DNA from: Pseudomonas phage BRkr
DNA: 64,000 nucleotides
Strand: one strand, 5' to 3'
Sequence record: LC765218.1
A program made the position numbers and the translations under genes. Below are positions 7,489 to 17,697 of the stretch, piece by piece. Positions within the stretch are counted from its first letter, which is position 1, and each line of letters begins with the position of its first letter. The notes below the pieces were generated by a model. The model was not told where the DNA came from and did not search any database. It saw nothing but the letters and a program-made list of their open reading frames with translations.

Positions 7489-9714
7489 ATGAAAGACCTT
7501 AAATCTCTGTTCAAAGTGAACGGCGACCGCGACCTGACTCGTTTCTCCATGGAATCCTTCCTTGGTAAACTGGACCTGGAAAAAGACTACGGCGACAGCA
7601 TCCTGTCCGCTGGTAGCAAACTGATTAGTAAGATCGGTCTGGAAAACTTCGGCCAACTGAGCGACGAAGATGCTCAAAGTGCTGCTGGTATGTACGCTAG
7701 CCTGCAAAAAGTTGCCCGTCAGTGTGGCTTCGAATCCTTCGAAGGCGCTAACAGCCGTGTAGGCGAAAACCAACTGTCCGCTGCCACCATGGCTGCCCTG
7801 GCAATGTCCAACTCCACTGAGTACGTTAAGGCTCTGAAACAAGTTGGTAAGAAAATTGCTTCCACTGACAAGAACGTCATTTCGGTTGAACACCGTTTCG
7901 ACGGCCCGGCTGGTTCGATCCAAACTTTCGAAGCTGCTGCTGGCGTCGGTCTGGAAAACTACAACGAGAAATCCCAGCGTGACTTCCGCGTTGTGACCGT
8001 TGGTTATAACCTGGCCGCTTCCCGTCAGGATGAGTTCGCTGAGCGTATCTATCCGACCACCGTTATCAACCCGATTGAAGGTGGTGTTGTTCAGGTTCTT
8101 CCGTACATCGCGGTAATGAAAGACGTTTACCACGCTGTTTCCGGTCAGAAGCTCGACAACCAAGAAGTCAACATGGTTGAAGCCTATCGTGATCCGTCCA
8201 TCCTGGACGACGAGTGCACTGCACTGATCCCGGCTATCGATCCTGCTGGCACTAACCTGAAGTACTTCGCTGATCCGGCTCTGCTGCCTCCGGTAACCGT
8301 TATCAACGAACAAAACATGTCCATCGAAACTGCTCCGCTGAAGCCGGGCGTTAAACTGGACCTGATGGGTAACTCGAACGCCAACCTGCTGATCAACAAA
8401 GGCATGCTGGACATTTCGGATACCATCGATCCGTCGGGCCGCCTGAAGGCTCTGTACGTTAAGTTCCAAGGTAAAGTCATCAAGTTCCAAACTGAACGTC
8501 TGCCGCGCGCAGTGTTCCAGCCGGACCTGGTTGGTGATACCCGCGGTGCCAAGATCGACTTCTGGTCGGATGACCTGACTGTTTCGGCCGTAACCCGCAC
8601 TACTGACGCTGCACAAACTGCTGGCATGAAAGAACTGGAACAACGTAAGTGGGTTCTGCGTCTGAGCATGCAATTCAGTGGTCACATCAGCCTGAGCCGT
8701 GGCGATAGCCGTTTCACCATCGGTGAAGTAACTATCGATCGCATCCTGGACGAAGACAAGCGTCGCATCGACCTGGAAACTGGCGATGGTAAAGCTCTGG
8801 CCGACAGCATTGGCGAAATGGAAATCGTTGGTTTCGACCTCGACACCCGCTTCACCAACACTAACCGCCGTCAGCGTGGTCACCTGCTGCAAACTCGTGC
8901 CCTGCAATTCCGTCACCCGATTCCGATGCATGCTCCGGTTACCCTGCCGCTGAGCACCATGGACGAAGAAGGTCCGGGCGAAGTTGTTAAGGCTCTGACT
9001 GTCAACACCAACATCCGTAACAGCAACAACGCTGTTAAGCGCCTGCTGAACTACCTGGCTCAGCTGAAAGAAGTAACCGCTAACGGTTTCGACCGTCCGC
9101 AGTTCGGTGCTGTTGAAGGTGCTCTGTCCGCAGTAATGCGTCCGACCTACCGCTACAAGAAGCTGCACCTGCCTGACATGATCGACACCCTGAAGTCGCA
9201 AGACCGTTGGGAAGACGTCTGCTCGGCAATCCTGAACGCTGTTAAAGGTGTACTGTTCCCGGCTTACCGTGAATCCAACATCGAAGCAGCTTTCCGCGTG
9301 ATCTCCGGTAACCAAGACGAGCGTCCGATGTTCCTGTTCTGCTCGGACAAAGAGATCGCTAACTACCTGATGACCAAGGGCGACGATCGTACCCTGGGCG
9401 CTTACCTGGAATACGACCTGGTATCGACCAACAACGAACTGTTCGACGGCAAGCTGGTAGTGATTCCGACCCGTAAGACTCCGCAAGAGAACGACATCCT
9501 CAGCTTCGGTCAATTCTACTACGTATCGACCGTAATCGCCGACCTGCCGATCACCCGTGGTGGCCAGCAAGTTACTCGCGAAATCGCTGCGATTCCGTTC
9601 AACCTGCACGTTAACAACATCCCGTTCGCTCTCGAATTCGACGTTACTGGCTTCGAAGAAGTGATGGGTGAGTCTCAGTGGAACAAGCCCCTGGTTGAAG
9701 CCGTAAAAGGTTGA
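7489..9714 (+). CDS. major capsid protein, phiKZ gp120-like (jumbo-phage HK97-fold MCP)
   Basis: 741 aa, the size class of phiKZ-type MCPs. Very strong codon bias (CTG, CGT, GGT, AAC, TTC), typical of the most highly expressed phage gene. RBS AGGAAtaaaacATG. The bias leaves a near-full-length antisense shadow ORF (7396..9609). Confidence 0.6.
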   Translation: MKDLKSLFKVNGDRDLTRFSMESFLGKLDLEKDYGDSILSAGSKLISKIGLENFGQLSDEDAQSAAGMYASLQKVARQCGFESFEGANSRVGENQLSAATMAALAMSNSTEYVKALKQVGKKIASTDKNVISVEHRFDGPAGSIQTFEAAAGVGLENYNEKSQRDFRVVTVGYNLAASRQDEFAERIYPTTVINPIEGGVVQVLPYIAVMKDVYHAVSGQKLDNQEVNMVEAYRDPSILDDECTALIPAIDPAGTNLKYFADPALLPPVTVINEQNMSIETAPLKPGVKLDLMGNSNANLLINKGMLDISDTIDPSGRLKALYVKFQGKVIKFQTERLPRAVFQPDLVGDTRGAKIDFWSDDLTVSAVTRTTDAAQTAGMKELEQRKWVLRLSMQFSGHISLSRGDSRFTIGEVTIDRILDEDKRRIDLETGDGKALADSIGEMEIVGFDLDTRFTNTNRRQRGHLLQTRALQFRHPIPMHAPVTLPLSTMDEEGPGEVVKALTVNTNIRNSNNAVKRLLNYLAQLKEVTANGFDRPQFGAVEGALSAVMRPTYRYKKLHLPDMIDTLKSQDRWEDVCSAILNAVKGVLFPAYRESNIEAAFRVISGNQDERPMFLFCSDKEIANYLMTKGDDRTLGAYLEYDLVSTNNELFDGKLVVIPTRKTPQENDILSFGQFYYVSTVIADLPITRGGQQVTREIAAIPFNLHVNNIPFALEFDVTGFEEVMGESQWNKPLVEAVKG

Positions 9715-9823
9715 ACTGGAAAGGGTACCTTCCGTAAGCTTGAAAATGGTACTACCCGTTATCTTGAAGACGGAGTGGCCCGCCGCCTAGAGCGGTAAAG
9801 CGGAAGTGTTAAGCTGACTGCTG

Positions 9824-9870
9824 GCATAACAGCCTCTACCTTCGGGTAGAGGCTTTATGTCGTCATTAAA
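9824..9870 (+). terminator. terminator hairpin GCCTCTACC-TTCG-GGTAGAGGC followed by TTTATGTCGTCATTAAAAAATATTT
   Basis: 9-bp stem with UUCG-type loop, then a T/A-rich tract, downstream of the capsid gene. Confidence 0.65.
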
Positions 9871-9930
9871 AAATATTTCAAATCTATATTACGGTATTGA
9901 AGAATCATTCCCTAATTAGAGGATCAGACA

Positions 9931-10410
9931 ATGTTCTGGAATACACACGGGCATCATGTTGAGCAAGAGCTCACTGATTCCCAAATGAATCCTGGCGACA
10001 TTGTCGTCATGAAAGAAAATACTACGGTTAGTAATAATACGTCTAACCAAACCAATTCTCAAACCACCACTACTATTCATCCTACCCAGGATGAGAATAT
10101 GTTCCATTTTGCTAATCGCTTCGAGAAGCAAATAAGACATGTTAATATATCCAATGGCCGTTGTTATGAATCGGGAGGTACCCCTGAAGAAAAACAACGT
10201 TCGCGCAACACGCGGAAGGGTAAAGGTAAAACGCGTGTTGCGCATGGGAAACGTGGAGACAGAAATCATAGAGATTCGAAAGCATCCCAAACGAGTCGAT
10301 ATGAACCTAGTCAAGAACGGAGTAGGCCCAAAGGACGTAAAGTAGAAATGGTATTGGATAGGATTGTTTTAAATGGTAAAGATCAACCGTTCCCGTGCGG
10401 GTCATATTGA
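9931..10410 (+). CDS. hypothetical highly basic low-complexity protein
   Basis: RBS GAGGAtcagacaATG. 159 aa. C-terminal half is extremely K/R/S-rich (KQRSRNTRKGKGKTRVAHGKRGDRNHRDSK...). The opposite strand also carries a 132-aa ORF, so the coding status is uncertain. Confidence 0.35.
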   Translation: MFWNTHGHHVEQELTDSQMNPGDIVVMKENTTVSNNTSNQTNSQTTTTIHPTQDENMFHFANRFEKQIRHVNISNGRCYESGGTPEEKQRSRNTRKGKGKTRVAHGKRGDRNHRDSKASQTSRYEPSQERSRPKGRKVEMVLDRIVLNGKDQPFPCGSY

Positions 10411-11410
10411 GGACGATCCCGTACTGGAGTGTCCTCTTGACACATCGTACATGGACAGATGGCAGACATCTGTTTTCCAAAACATTTTCTTCGGTCAAGG
10501 TCTCGTCGATAAACGTGTACGTTACTTAAACCAATCGACGCATGAAATAAGTATTATCGATGGAACAGGTATTGTCCTGGATCTACCGGGTACTAACCGT
10601 ATTGAAAATAGACTTGTTATTTGTATCAACTTTACATGGGGTGGCGATGTAGAACTTAATATCGGGGCGATGATTAAACATTGGCCTAATCTCACTCAAG
10701 AATATCTGGAACAACTAGTAGGTTCTGTTAAGAACAAAGGAACCAACACGCCATGTGAACTGGATTTCTATTTCATTGTTGACCTTGACCACATCGATAC
10801 CGATCCTTATGGGCTTTGGATCGAAGCGCTCAACGTTCAAGTAGTTTCCACAGATCGAGCGAAGAAGACTACATTCTTCCCGCGCGATTGTTTCTTCTCG
10901 AAGAACGATGAACTCTACCGTCAGGAAGATATCATCTGGACTACTACTACAACTGTTGCTTATTTCGTAGACGATGAGCGTATAACCGAAAGTGTATTTA
11001 TGCCATTCGGCAGCGATCTACTTGAGGTAAAGCCTGTCTTCATGCCAGATATGCCTGTTGGTATTCATATTAACCTAAGGGGTAATGTGACATTTGCAGC
11101 ACGACGGGATAATGCGAAAGCGATTGTTATCAAACCTGGAGACTTTAAGAAGTATGGCATCTATTCCAGTTTACGTGAATGGAGAGAAGCTGTAAAGGAA
11201 AGTACAAAAGGAATGTCAAAGGAAGATGCTCAGAGACGTATGGATTGTTTTGATATGTTCCATCGACATCTATACGACGAAGAACTCGAACCTTTGGCTG
11301 TGAGAGATATCATCCTGTTTAGGGATATATCAGTTGGAACTGTCATGGACTTCTTAGCTGAAGTAGCCAAGGCAGATGCATTGCTCGAAAAGATATTCCG
11401 AAAGCGATAG
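10373..11410 (+). CDS. hypothetical protein
   Basis: 345-aa ORF. The start is uncertain because the RBS is weak. Confidence 0.45.
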   Translation: MVKINRSRAGHIEDDPVLECPLDTSYMDRWQTSVFQNIFFGQGLVDKRVRYLNQSTHEISIIDGTGIVLDLPGTNRIENRLVICINFTWGGDVELNIGAMIKHWPNLTQEYLEQLVGSVKNKGTNTPCELDFYFIVDLDHIDTDPYGLWIEALNVQVVSTDRAKKTTFFPRDCFFSKNDELYRQEDIIWTTTTTVAYFVDDERITESVFMPFGSDLLEVKPVFMPDMPVGIHINLRGNVTFAARRDNAKAIVIKPGDFKKYGIYSSLREWREAVKESTKGMSKEDAQRRMDCFDMFHRHLYDEELEPLAVRDIILFRDISVGTVMDFLAEVAKADALLEKIFRKR

Positions 11411-11415
11411 GAGGG

Positions 11416-13044
11416 GTGATGGACCCGTACGTAATCAGTAGGATTGATGGTGTCATACCCAAGCTAAATAAAGATTTAGCCAATGGGCTTGCAGTAAAGC
11501 ACATGATGGAGATCAACCCAGAAACAGGCATGAACGCAACTCGTGCATATGTTGATAAGTTGTTTGAAATCAACTCGGCGCTATTCCCTGCTGACTTCAA
11601 GTATCATGGAAACCGTCTGTGTAAACCCGAAGTTCATTTCGAAGAGATAACCCGTGAGTATGGCTCTAAGCGTGTAGCAAATATCGCCGAGAGTAATACG
11701 TACATGATCGAGCTGATCACTAGCTATAAAGGCGAAATGATGTTCCCACGAAGGGTACTATTGCCATATGTTCGTGATGGTGGTATCTGTACGCTCAATG
11801 GTGCAACCTATTCGATCTCTCCGGTGTTGACTGATGTCGGCTTCTCGGTATTGAATGGCAGTATCTTCATTCCATTCCGGCGTGCCAAACTGACGTTTAA
11901 GCAAGTTGACCACCACTACATGTGTAATGGTCAGCGTGAAGTGATGTATGTGATCTGGTCTCAGATTCACAACGAAATGTCTAAACGCACTAAACGTGAT
12001 TTGGATAACCGGCAGCACATCGAGTCGTGTCTTGCACATTACTTCTTCTGTGAGTTTGGTGTCGTTGAAACGTTCAAGCGTTGGGCTGGAGTAGATATCC
12101 AAATTGGATATCTGAAAGACTTTCCTGAGTCCCAGTATCCGCGTGATCAATGGAACGTTTATGAATCTGCGGTTCTGAAACGTCGTCATCCAACTGGAGA
12201 TATGGTTCTGGTTCTACCCAAAGACAAGGAGACAGACTTTGTCCGTCGACTCGTTGCAGGGTTCTGGTACGTCGTAGATGCATTCCCAAGCCGGTTCTAC
12301 GAGCCGAGCTACATGGATAATAAACAGCTATGGCGAATCATTCTCGGTCTGATGATCTTTGGTGACTTCGAGCATCAAGGTAAAATTGCTGAGAACATTG
12401 AATCTCACCTGGATAGCTTCAACAACTCTCTGGATGAGATGACCATTGAAGAACTTCGTTCAGTTGGAGTGAAAGTCAATACCATCTGGGAACTGCTATA
12501 TGCGATCATGACAGATATGGCACACCATCTGTATGCCACTGACATTGATGAAACTAGTATGTACGACAAACGCCTGAGTATTCTTAGGTATGTGATGGCA
12601 GAGTTTAACTATGCTGTCTCCATGTTTGCGTATACGTTCCAAGGTCGTAAAGATAAAGAGTGGACTGGACAGGAAATCAACGATGCCCTGAAACGTTCAT
12701 TCAAACTCAATACGTGCATTAAGAAACTTACCAGTGAACACGGTGAGCTCGACACACTGTCGTCTCCTGGTGATAGCAAGGTTATTAAAGTAACCTCGAT
12801 CCTTGTACCGCAGGATCGCGCGAAGACTTCTAAAGCACACAACAAATCACTAATCGGTGATAGCTCTCGTCTAATCCACGCTTCGATCGCGGAGGTGGGC
12901 CAATACAAAAACCAACCGAAAAACAACCCGGATGGTCGTGGCCGACTAAACCTCTTCGTCGGAGTTAGATACGACGGATTGGTTGAACGACGTGAAGAAG
13001 ATCGTGAACTTATTGACAAAGCTCAACAACGTTTTGTCTCTTAA
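11416..13044 (+). CDS. hypothetical protein
   Basis: 542-aa ORF with RBS tAGGAGGggtgATG. Confidence 0.55.
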   Translation: MMDPYVISRIDGVIPKLNKDLANGLAVKHMMEINPETGMNATRAYVDKLFEINSALFPADFKYHGNRLCKPEVHFEEITREYGSKRVANIAESNTYMIELITSYKGEMMFPRRVLLPYVRDGGICTLNGATYSISPVLTDVGFSVLNGSIFIPFRRAKLTFKQVDHHYMCNGQREVMYVIWSQIHNEMSKRTKRDLDNRQHIESCLAHYFFCEFGVVETFKRWAGVDIQIGYLKDFPESQYPRDQWNVYESAVLKRRHPTGDMVLVLPKDKETDFVRRLVAGFWYVVDAFPSRFYEPSYMDNKQLWRIILGLMIFGDFEHQGKIAENIESHLDSFNNSLDEMTIEELRSVGVKVNTIWELLYAIMTDMAHHLYATDIDETSMYDKRLSILRYVMAEFNYAVSMFAYTFQGRKDKEWTGQEINDALKRSFKLNTCIKKLTSEHGELDTLSSPGDSKVIKVTSILVPQDRAKTSKAHNKSLIGDSSRLIHASIAEVGQYKNQPKNNPDGRGRLNLFVGVRYDGLVERREEDRELIDKAQQRFVS

Positions 13045-13067
13045 ACTTCTCAAATAGGAAAAGTCAG

Positions 13068-15131
13068 ATGTACAACCAACAAGCTCAACTCCCGGTATCC
13101 TGCCAACAAGTCGATCAGAGTACCTTTAATGGTAATCTGCCTCATGGCAATGACCGGGTACCTCAACTCCAACTCAGCCAGAACCTGATGAATAACCAAC
13201 AGCTGGTGCTCATGGCTATTGGTCTGTTCCGTGGGCTTGCGCAATCGTCGGTTGGAAAAAGCAACCTTCATATTTTCGCGTACAACCTGCTGTCGTCGAA
13301 CTGGTTCCAAAACCAGATCTTCCAACAATGGTGTCAGCACCTGGTGGATTTCGTTGAGTTCCTGTGTGTCTGCAAGAACTACAGTCAGACGGATGCTCCG
13401 CCGAAAGCTGCACAGCGTATGTATGAAGCGTTCCTTGGTCAATGCGTTGCATCGTATCCTGCTCTCGTGCAAATGGGTGCAGTTCCGCAACATATGTTCC
13501 AAGGTCTGCAAACTGCTCAAGCCATGTATCAGCAGATCCTCCAAGAGATTCAAGCGTACAAATCTGGTAACTATCGTCCCCAACAACAGCAAATGGGAAT
13601 GATGGGTCAACCGCAAGGTATCCAGATGGCAGGTAATTTGCCTCCCATTAACCCAGGTAACATGGGACAGTTCGCAACAACCACCCAAGCTACTTTCTCT
13701 CAACCCGCTGGTACTTATGGCGCAGCGCCAAACACGGTATCGAGCACCACCAGTTCGTATTACGATGATACTCCGGCTGCATCTGCTCCCCTGATGCCGA
13801 AGGAAGAGATCAGTACTGATATTTACGGTGGCTACTCCCATCAACAGGAGCAACAACCGATGTACAGTCAACAACCGCAAGTGCAAAATACACCCGTTGT
13901 GGAAGATACTGATCTCCCTGTTCCGATCGACGTATCTCAGGTGATGATCGATCCGATGTATTACCAACCTACTGGTTTCCGTGTAAACATCGCTCGTCCT
14001 TACGATGAGATTCATAACCCTGGGGGAATTCTGATTAAACCGGCACAACTGGTTGATTGGGAACGGACCGTTGGTGATGAAGATCCGTACAGTCCTCTGG
14101 TTGATCCGGAACACTATTGCCGTTTCTTCGTCAAGTTCCCCGATGGTGTAGTAAAAGAGAAATTCATTGAATGGAACCCGCAAATGGAATACCTGAAACA
14201 CGAACTGAATGATGACCTGCGTCGTCGTGAATATCGTCCTAACGGTGTGGTATATGCTTCCACCACTCCCATCTCTACTATCGGTGGAGATGCAATGGGT
14301 ATTGAAGAAGTAGAAAGCCTCGTCAAGGATAATGAACTCGGTGAAGCGGCGGCAATGCGTCCGATCATTCTTGATAATAAGATGTTCATGGGTGCTAACG
14401 ATCTCGAAAACGAATCTGAAGCACGTGCTGCTGTTCGGGAACTCCTGAACATTGGTGACGACGAAGAATCGCAGTCGATCACACTGCCTGCACACGAATA
14501 TAAATCGATGAGCATCTATCACATGGATGTTAGCGATGAAACCTTCGAGCAGCTGAGTAATCTGCGTAACTATACCGATCTGATCGGGATTGCTACCGAA
14601 CTGAAAGAAATGGTAAATCGCGGTCAACTGAGCATCCGCTATTTCCGTTTCCTGAATGATCGTCTGACCGATTCCATCAATGACTTCATGGCAGATAGCC
14701 TGTCGATCCAAAATATCACCATCAGTGATTTCGCACATGACATCGGTGATCTGCTGGATTACATCAGTAACAAGAAAGGTGTGCAAGTACTGCAAATCAT
14801 CAAAGCGTGTGCAGCTCAAATTATCGCTCGTTCGGTAACGATGGCTGAGGTTGATGATATCCGTGGTGTTGCCGATCAGTACGTTAACTTCCAGGTAGGT
14901 TGGACTCTTGAACAGATGGCCACTCTGAACGTTCTGACCGAGAAAGCCGTCCTTGTTTCTGAAGGAACTCACCCTACTGTTCGTGAAGTGCTGAAAGGTA
15001 TGATCACTCGTGCTACGGCATCTGGCCTTGCTAATGTCCGTATGCGGTTGATCACCGTTGATGGCGTTTACATGGAAGTTATTCGTGGACGTCTGACCGA
15101 GAAAGCGGTTCTGTTGAAGCGCCTGAAGTAA
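13068..15131 (+). CDS. hypothetical protein with Q/N/P-rich low-complexity N-terminal region (about 280 aa) and structured C-terminal domain
   Basis: 687 aa. Residues 1-280 are rich in Q, N, P, G, M (QQQQMGMMGQPQGIQMAGNLPPINPGNMGQ...). Codon bias is like that of structural genes. The antisense 640-aa ORF is judged a shadow ORF. Confidence 0.5.
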   Translation: MYNQQAQLPVSCQQVDQSTFNGNLPHGNDRVPQLQLSQNLMNNQQLVLMAIGLFRGLAQSSVGKSNLHIFAYNLLSSNWFQNQIFQQWCQHLVDFVEFLCVCKNYSQTDAPPKAAQRMYEAFLGQCVASYPALVQMGAVPQHMFQGLQTAQAMYQQILQEIQAYKSGNYRPQQQQMGMMGQPQGIQMAGNLPPINPGNMGQFATTTQATFSQPAGTYGAAPNTVSSTTSSYYDDTPAASAPLMPKEEISTDIYGGYSHQQEQQPMYSQQPQVQNTPVVEDTDLPVPIDVSQVMIDPMYYQPTGFRVNIARPYDEIHNPGGILIKPAQLVDWERTVGDEDPYSPLVDPEHYCRFFVKFPDGVVKEKFIEWNPQMEYLKHELNDDLRRREYRPNGVVYASTTPISTIGGDAMGIEEVESLVKDNELGEAAAMRPIILDNKMFMGANDLENESEARAAVRELLNIGDDEESQSITLPAHEYKSMSIYHMDVSDETFEQLSNLRNYTDLIGIATELKEMVNRGQLSIRYFRFLNDRLTDSINDFMADSLSIQNITISDFAHDIGDLLDYISNKKGVQVLQIIKACAAQIIARSVTMAEVDDIRGVADQYVNFQVGWTLEQMATLNVLTEKAVLVSEGTHPTVREVLKGMITRATASGLANVRMRLITVDGVYMEVIRGRLTEKAVLLKRLK

Positions 15132-15132
15132 A

Positions 15133-15165
15133 CATAAGTGTCCCTCTTCGGAGGGACCTTTTCAT
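15133..15165 (+). terminator. terminator hairpin GTCCCTC-TTCG-GAGGGAC flanked by ACATAAG / CTTTTCAT
   Basis: 7-bp stem with a tetraloop, followed by a T-rich tract. Confidence 0.55.
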
Positions 15166-15176
15166 AGGAAAATGAG

Positions 15177-15587
15177 ATGTTATCATTTGAAAATGGAGTA
15201 GGCGTAGAATTCATTGCTTTAGATCGACTTCCAAAATACATGCATGTGAATTATGAAGTCAGTAAGTTTAGCAATGATATTCGTTCCGGCGTGATCGCTT
15301 GTGAGTTTGGTCATCCTAAGATGACAGGTAACATTGAAACAGACTACAAACGAGCAACATCCATCAACTGCAATAATGGTGCAGCTTTAGTACTCGGTAT
15401 CGACCCTGTACATGAGAAAGCTAAACTCATTGGCTTCAACGTATACATCCGTCCATTCGGGCCCAATCATGATCGGATGCATGCGATGATCAAGAACGAT
15501 ATTCCAATGCGACTTGGTGTACGCGGCCTCAAGAATGCGGCTGGTGTATTGAAAGAAATTATCACATTCGACATATTGTCAGATTGA
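15177..15587 (+). CDS. hypothetical protein
   Basis: 136-aa ORF with RBS AGGAaaatgagATG. Confidence 0.5.
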   Translation: MLSFENGVGVEFIALDRLPKYMHVNYEVSKFSNDIRSGVIACEFGHPKMTGNIETDYKRATSINCNNGAALVLGIDPVHEKAKLIGFNVYIRPFGPNHDRMHAMIKNDIPMRLGVRGLKNAAGVLKEIITFDILSD

Positions 15588-15591
15588 TAAC

Positions 15592-15613
15592 TAGCCCCTC
15601 ATTAGAGGGGCTA
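15592..15613 (+). terminator. hairpin TAGCCCCTC-ATTA-GAGGGGCTA followed by TATGTCC
   Basis: Perfect 9-bp stem between tandem genes. Confidence 0.5.
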
Positions 15614-15636
15614 TATGTCCCTCTAGGAGCAGAGTA

Positions 15637-16176
15637 ATGAAATTCGAAAAACTACCGAATGCCAAATATCGGGTAACCGTTTCCTTCGATGAAATGCGCC
15701 AACGTATGGTCGCTGGTATTCGCCGGGATCTTGCCGTACTCGGTGAAGAACGAGTAGAAGCAATCGTTGAAAATGCATTTGGTTTGAGTCAACTTCACCT
15801 GTGGGTGAATTCTTCTTTTGTTAAGAAGAATGAACTCCTGTTGACAGGAATCGAATTAGGTCATCCCCAAGTAAAAGTATCTTCACTTGAAAATATTATT
15901 CTTCGTTCTCTAGTAGTAGATGCAAATCGTGTATGTGCTACTATTGATAGTTGGTCCATTCAATATAGTAACACCATCAATACACCACATGTATTGATTT
16001 TGGATGTTACCGCAGCAGGTCCCTTGGCCCGTGATCTGAATGCCCTTTATAATCTGCTTCCTCTTACAGTTGGGTTTAGATATCAACTGAATGACAATGA
16101 GCAGGTGGTTGATATTGTAGGTATCGATATCCTCTATGAAGATGATTTCGATAATCCTGTATTTAAAGATAAATAA
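15637..16176 (+). CDS. hypothetical protein
   Basis: 179-aa ORF with RBS AGGAGcagagtaATG. Confidence 0.5.
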   Translation: MKFEKLPNAKYRVTVSFDEMRQRMVAGIRRDLAVLGEERVEAIVENAFGLSQLHLWVNSSFVKKNELLLTGIELGHPQVKVSSLENIILRSLVVDANRVCATIDSWSIQYSNTINTPHVLILDVTAAGPLARDLNALYNLLPLTVGFRYQLNDNEQVVDIVGIDILYEDDFDNPVFKDK

Positions 16177-16229
16177 CGCCTATATCACAGAGGTGATATA
16201 AATACACTCTATCAAAAGGAAATTGCAAA

Positions 16230-16934
16230 ATGAATCAGGTTTTCAACGCTGTAAAATCCATGTTCATTCCGTCTCATCGTGAAGTGTTCGGTAAGGCAAT
16301 TCGTGATGTAGAACATGATATGGATTTCTTTGAAACCATAATGGACGCTAGCAGTTATAGTCCAACTGAACTCCCTAAAGGCAAAGGAGAGAGTATGTCT
16401 ATTGATGTCCTTACTGTCGATGATCTTCCTTTGCGGGGTGATCCTGAGGCAACTTACAAAGTAACTTCTACTTTGGATTTGTATCGTTGGGTTAATGGGG
16501 AATATGTTGTACATAACCCTTACCTCGATCCAGTCGTGCAAAGTTCTGGTGAAAGAGCAGTGATTGTTGATCCAACCGCAACTCTGCCACATCTGACCGA
16601 GGAACATCTCCGTAAAGGTGGTGACATCAGACTGGCCATGGTTTATAATGTTCGGGCTCTGCGTGAAGATCTCCGTCGCATGGAACTTCTGAACATTTCC
16701 ATGGAGTCGCTGCTACCGCGTAATCTCCGTGTTAAAGACCTTGACGTACCAGGTATGTTCCTTTCCACTAACCACACCATCCTGACTCGTCAACTGAAGT
16801 CCATCATGCGTGGTAAAGGTAACTATGATAAATATGTCGTAGAAGGCCTGGCTCGCATGGGTGTTGATGTATGGTACGATGAAGCTAAACGTAAAGTTGG
16901 CTTTAAAGATGGCACTTTCGTGGCGCTGGTGTAA
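16230..16934 (+). CDS. hypothetical protein
   Basis: 234-aa ORF with RBS AAAAGGAAattgcaaaATG. Confidence 0.5.
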   Translation: MNQVFNAVKSMFIPSHREVFGKAIRDVEHDMDFFETIMDASSYSPTELPKGKGESMSIDVLTVDDLPLRGDPEATYKVTSTLDLYRWVNGEYVVHNPYLDPVVQSSGERAVIVDPTATLPHLTEEHLRKGGDIRLAMVYNVRALREDLRRMELLNISMESLLPRNLRVKDLDVPGMFLSTNHTILTRQLKSIMRGKGNYDKYVVEGLARMGVDVWYDEAKRKVGFKDGTFVALV

Positions 16935-17207
16935 ATGTCTGTCTTCGGTTATGTATTGACGTGGACTCAGGAATTTCACATGTGGTTCCTGATAGCTGTT
17001 CTCGCTGCTTTCTTTGCTCTTTATCTAAATCATCGGTTTAGGTATCTCATCTACGTGCCATTTGAAAAGATTGGCAAACGTGATTTCATTAAGATGTCCC
17101 TTACTTCAATTACAATGCTGTTGTGTATTGTCGTTGTATTTGGGGCTACTCTACGAATGATCGAGATGAAAGAGATCGATAGAGTATGGTCGATTGAACG
17201 GCGATGA
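16935..17207 (+). CDS. small membrane protein (2 TM)
   Basis: 90 aa. Hydrophobic segments FHMWFLIAVLAAFFALYL and SITMLLCIVVVFGATL. Start overlaps the upstream stop (TAAATG). Confidence 0.45.
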   Translation: MSVFGYVLTWTQEFHMWFLIAVLAAFFALYLNHRFRYLIYVPFEKIGKRDFIKMSLTSITMLLCIVVVFGATLRMIEMKEIDRVWSIERR

Positions 17208-17213
17208 GTAACA

Positions 17214-17268
17214 ACATAAAGCCCTCTCCTTCGGGAGAGGGCGATATGCTTTATTTTTTTTATTTCTC
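17214..17268. terminator. bidirectional terminator between convergent genes (ACATAAAG-CCCTCTCC-TTCG-GGAGAGGG-CGATATGCTTTATTTTTTTT)
   Basis: 9-bp GC stem with a tetraloop and a T-run on the plus strand. Its reverse complement reads the same way for the minus-strand gene. Confidence 0.7.
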
Positions 17269-17688
17269 GAAACTTAATTCAACTTGTGAAGTTGGAATGT
17301 AGGCTAGAGAACGAGTAGTGGGTTTTAAAATAACCGTATTACCAGTTAGAGGACCATCTAGGAATTCATCAGTATCGACGGGTACAGTCACTTTATCACG
17401 GAGTACTTTAATAACATCATGGATAGTTGAATAATCAATTCTCTTCCCTGGAATAACAACCCCATTGAGAGCTTCTTCAATTCGATATCGATTAAAGAAT
17501 ATTTGTTTCTGTCCTTTAAAATACTTGCTTGTCCCAACAGCCTGAATAGTAGCTCTTGAGTTATTACCGTTCTGCAACCATATTTCAATACCAGTCCAAA
17601 TAACATCCTCAGGACGAATAGCTGGATCCAACTTGTTCTGAATACTAAACTGTTGGAGTAGTTTAGATTTCATGTTTTTAACGTGCAT
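17260..17688 (-). CDS. hypothetical protein
   Basis: 142-aa minus-strand ORF. Confidence 0.5.
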   Translation of the reverse strand: MHVKNMKSKLLQQFSIQNKLDPAIRPEDVIWTGIEIWLQNGNNSRATIQAVGTSKYFKGQKQIFFNRYRIEEALNGVVIPGKRIDYSTIHDVIKVLRDKVTVPVDTDEFLDGPLTGNTVILKPTTRSLAYIPTSQVELSFEK

Positions 17689-17697
17689 CTCTACTCC

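Noticed and set aside
8184-8669. 161-aa minus-strand ORF inside the capsid gene
   Set aside because: It is entirely antisense to a strongly supported coding region with no start context. Another shadow ORF.
7396-9609. 737-aa minus-strand ORF antisense to the capsid gene (similar full-length antisense ORFs at 13050..14972, 39513..41186 and 57456..59261)
   Set aside because: These are shadow ORFs created by the extreme codon bias of the sense genes. The translations are Leu/Arg/Ser/Val-rich nonsense without an RBS, whereas the sense frames have RBSs and recognisable protein features.
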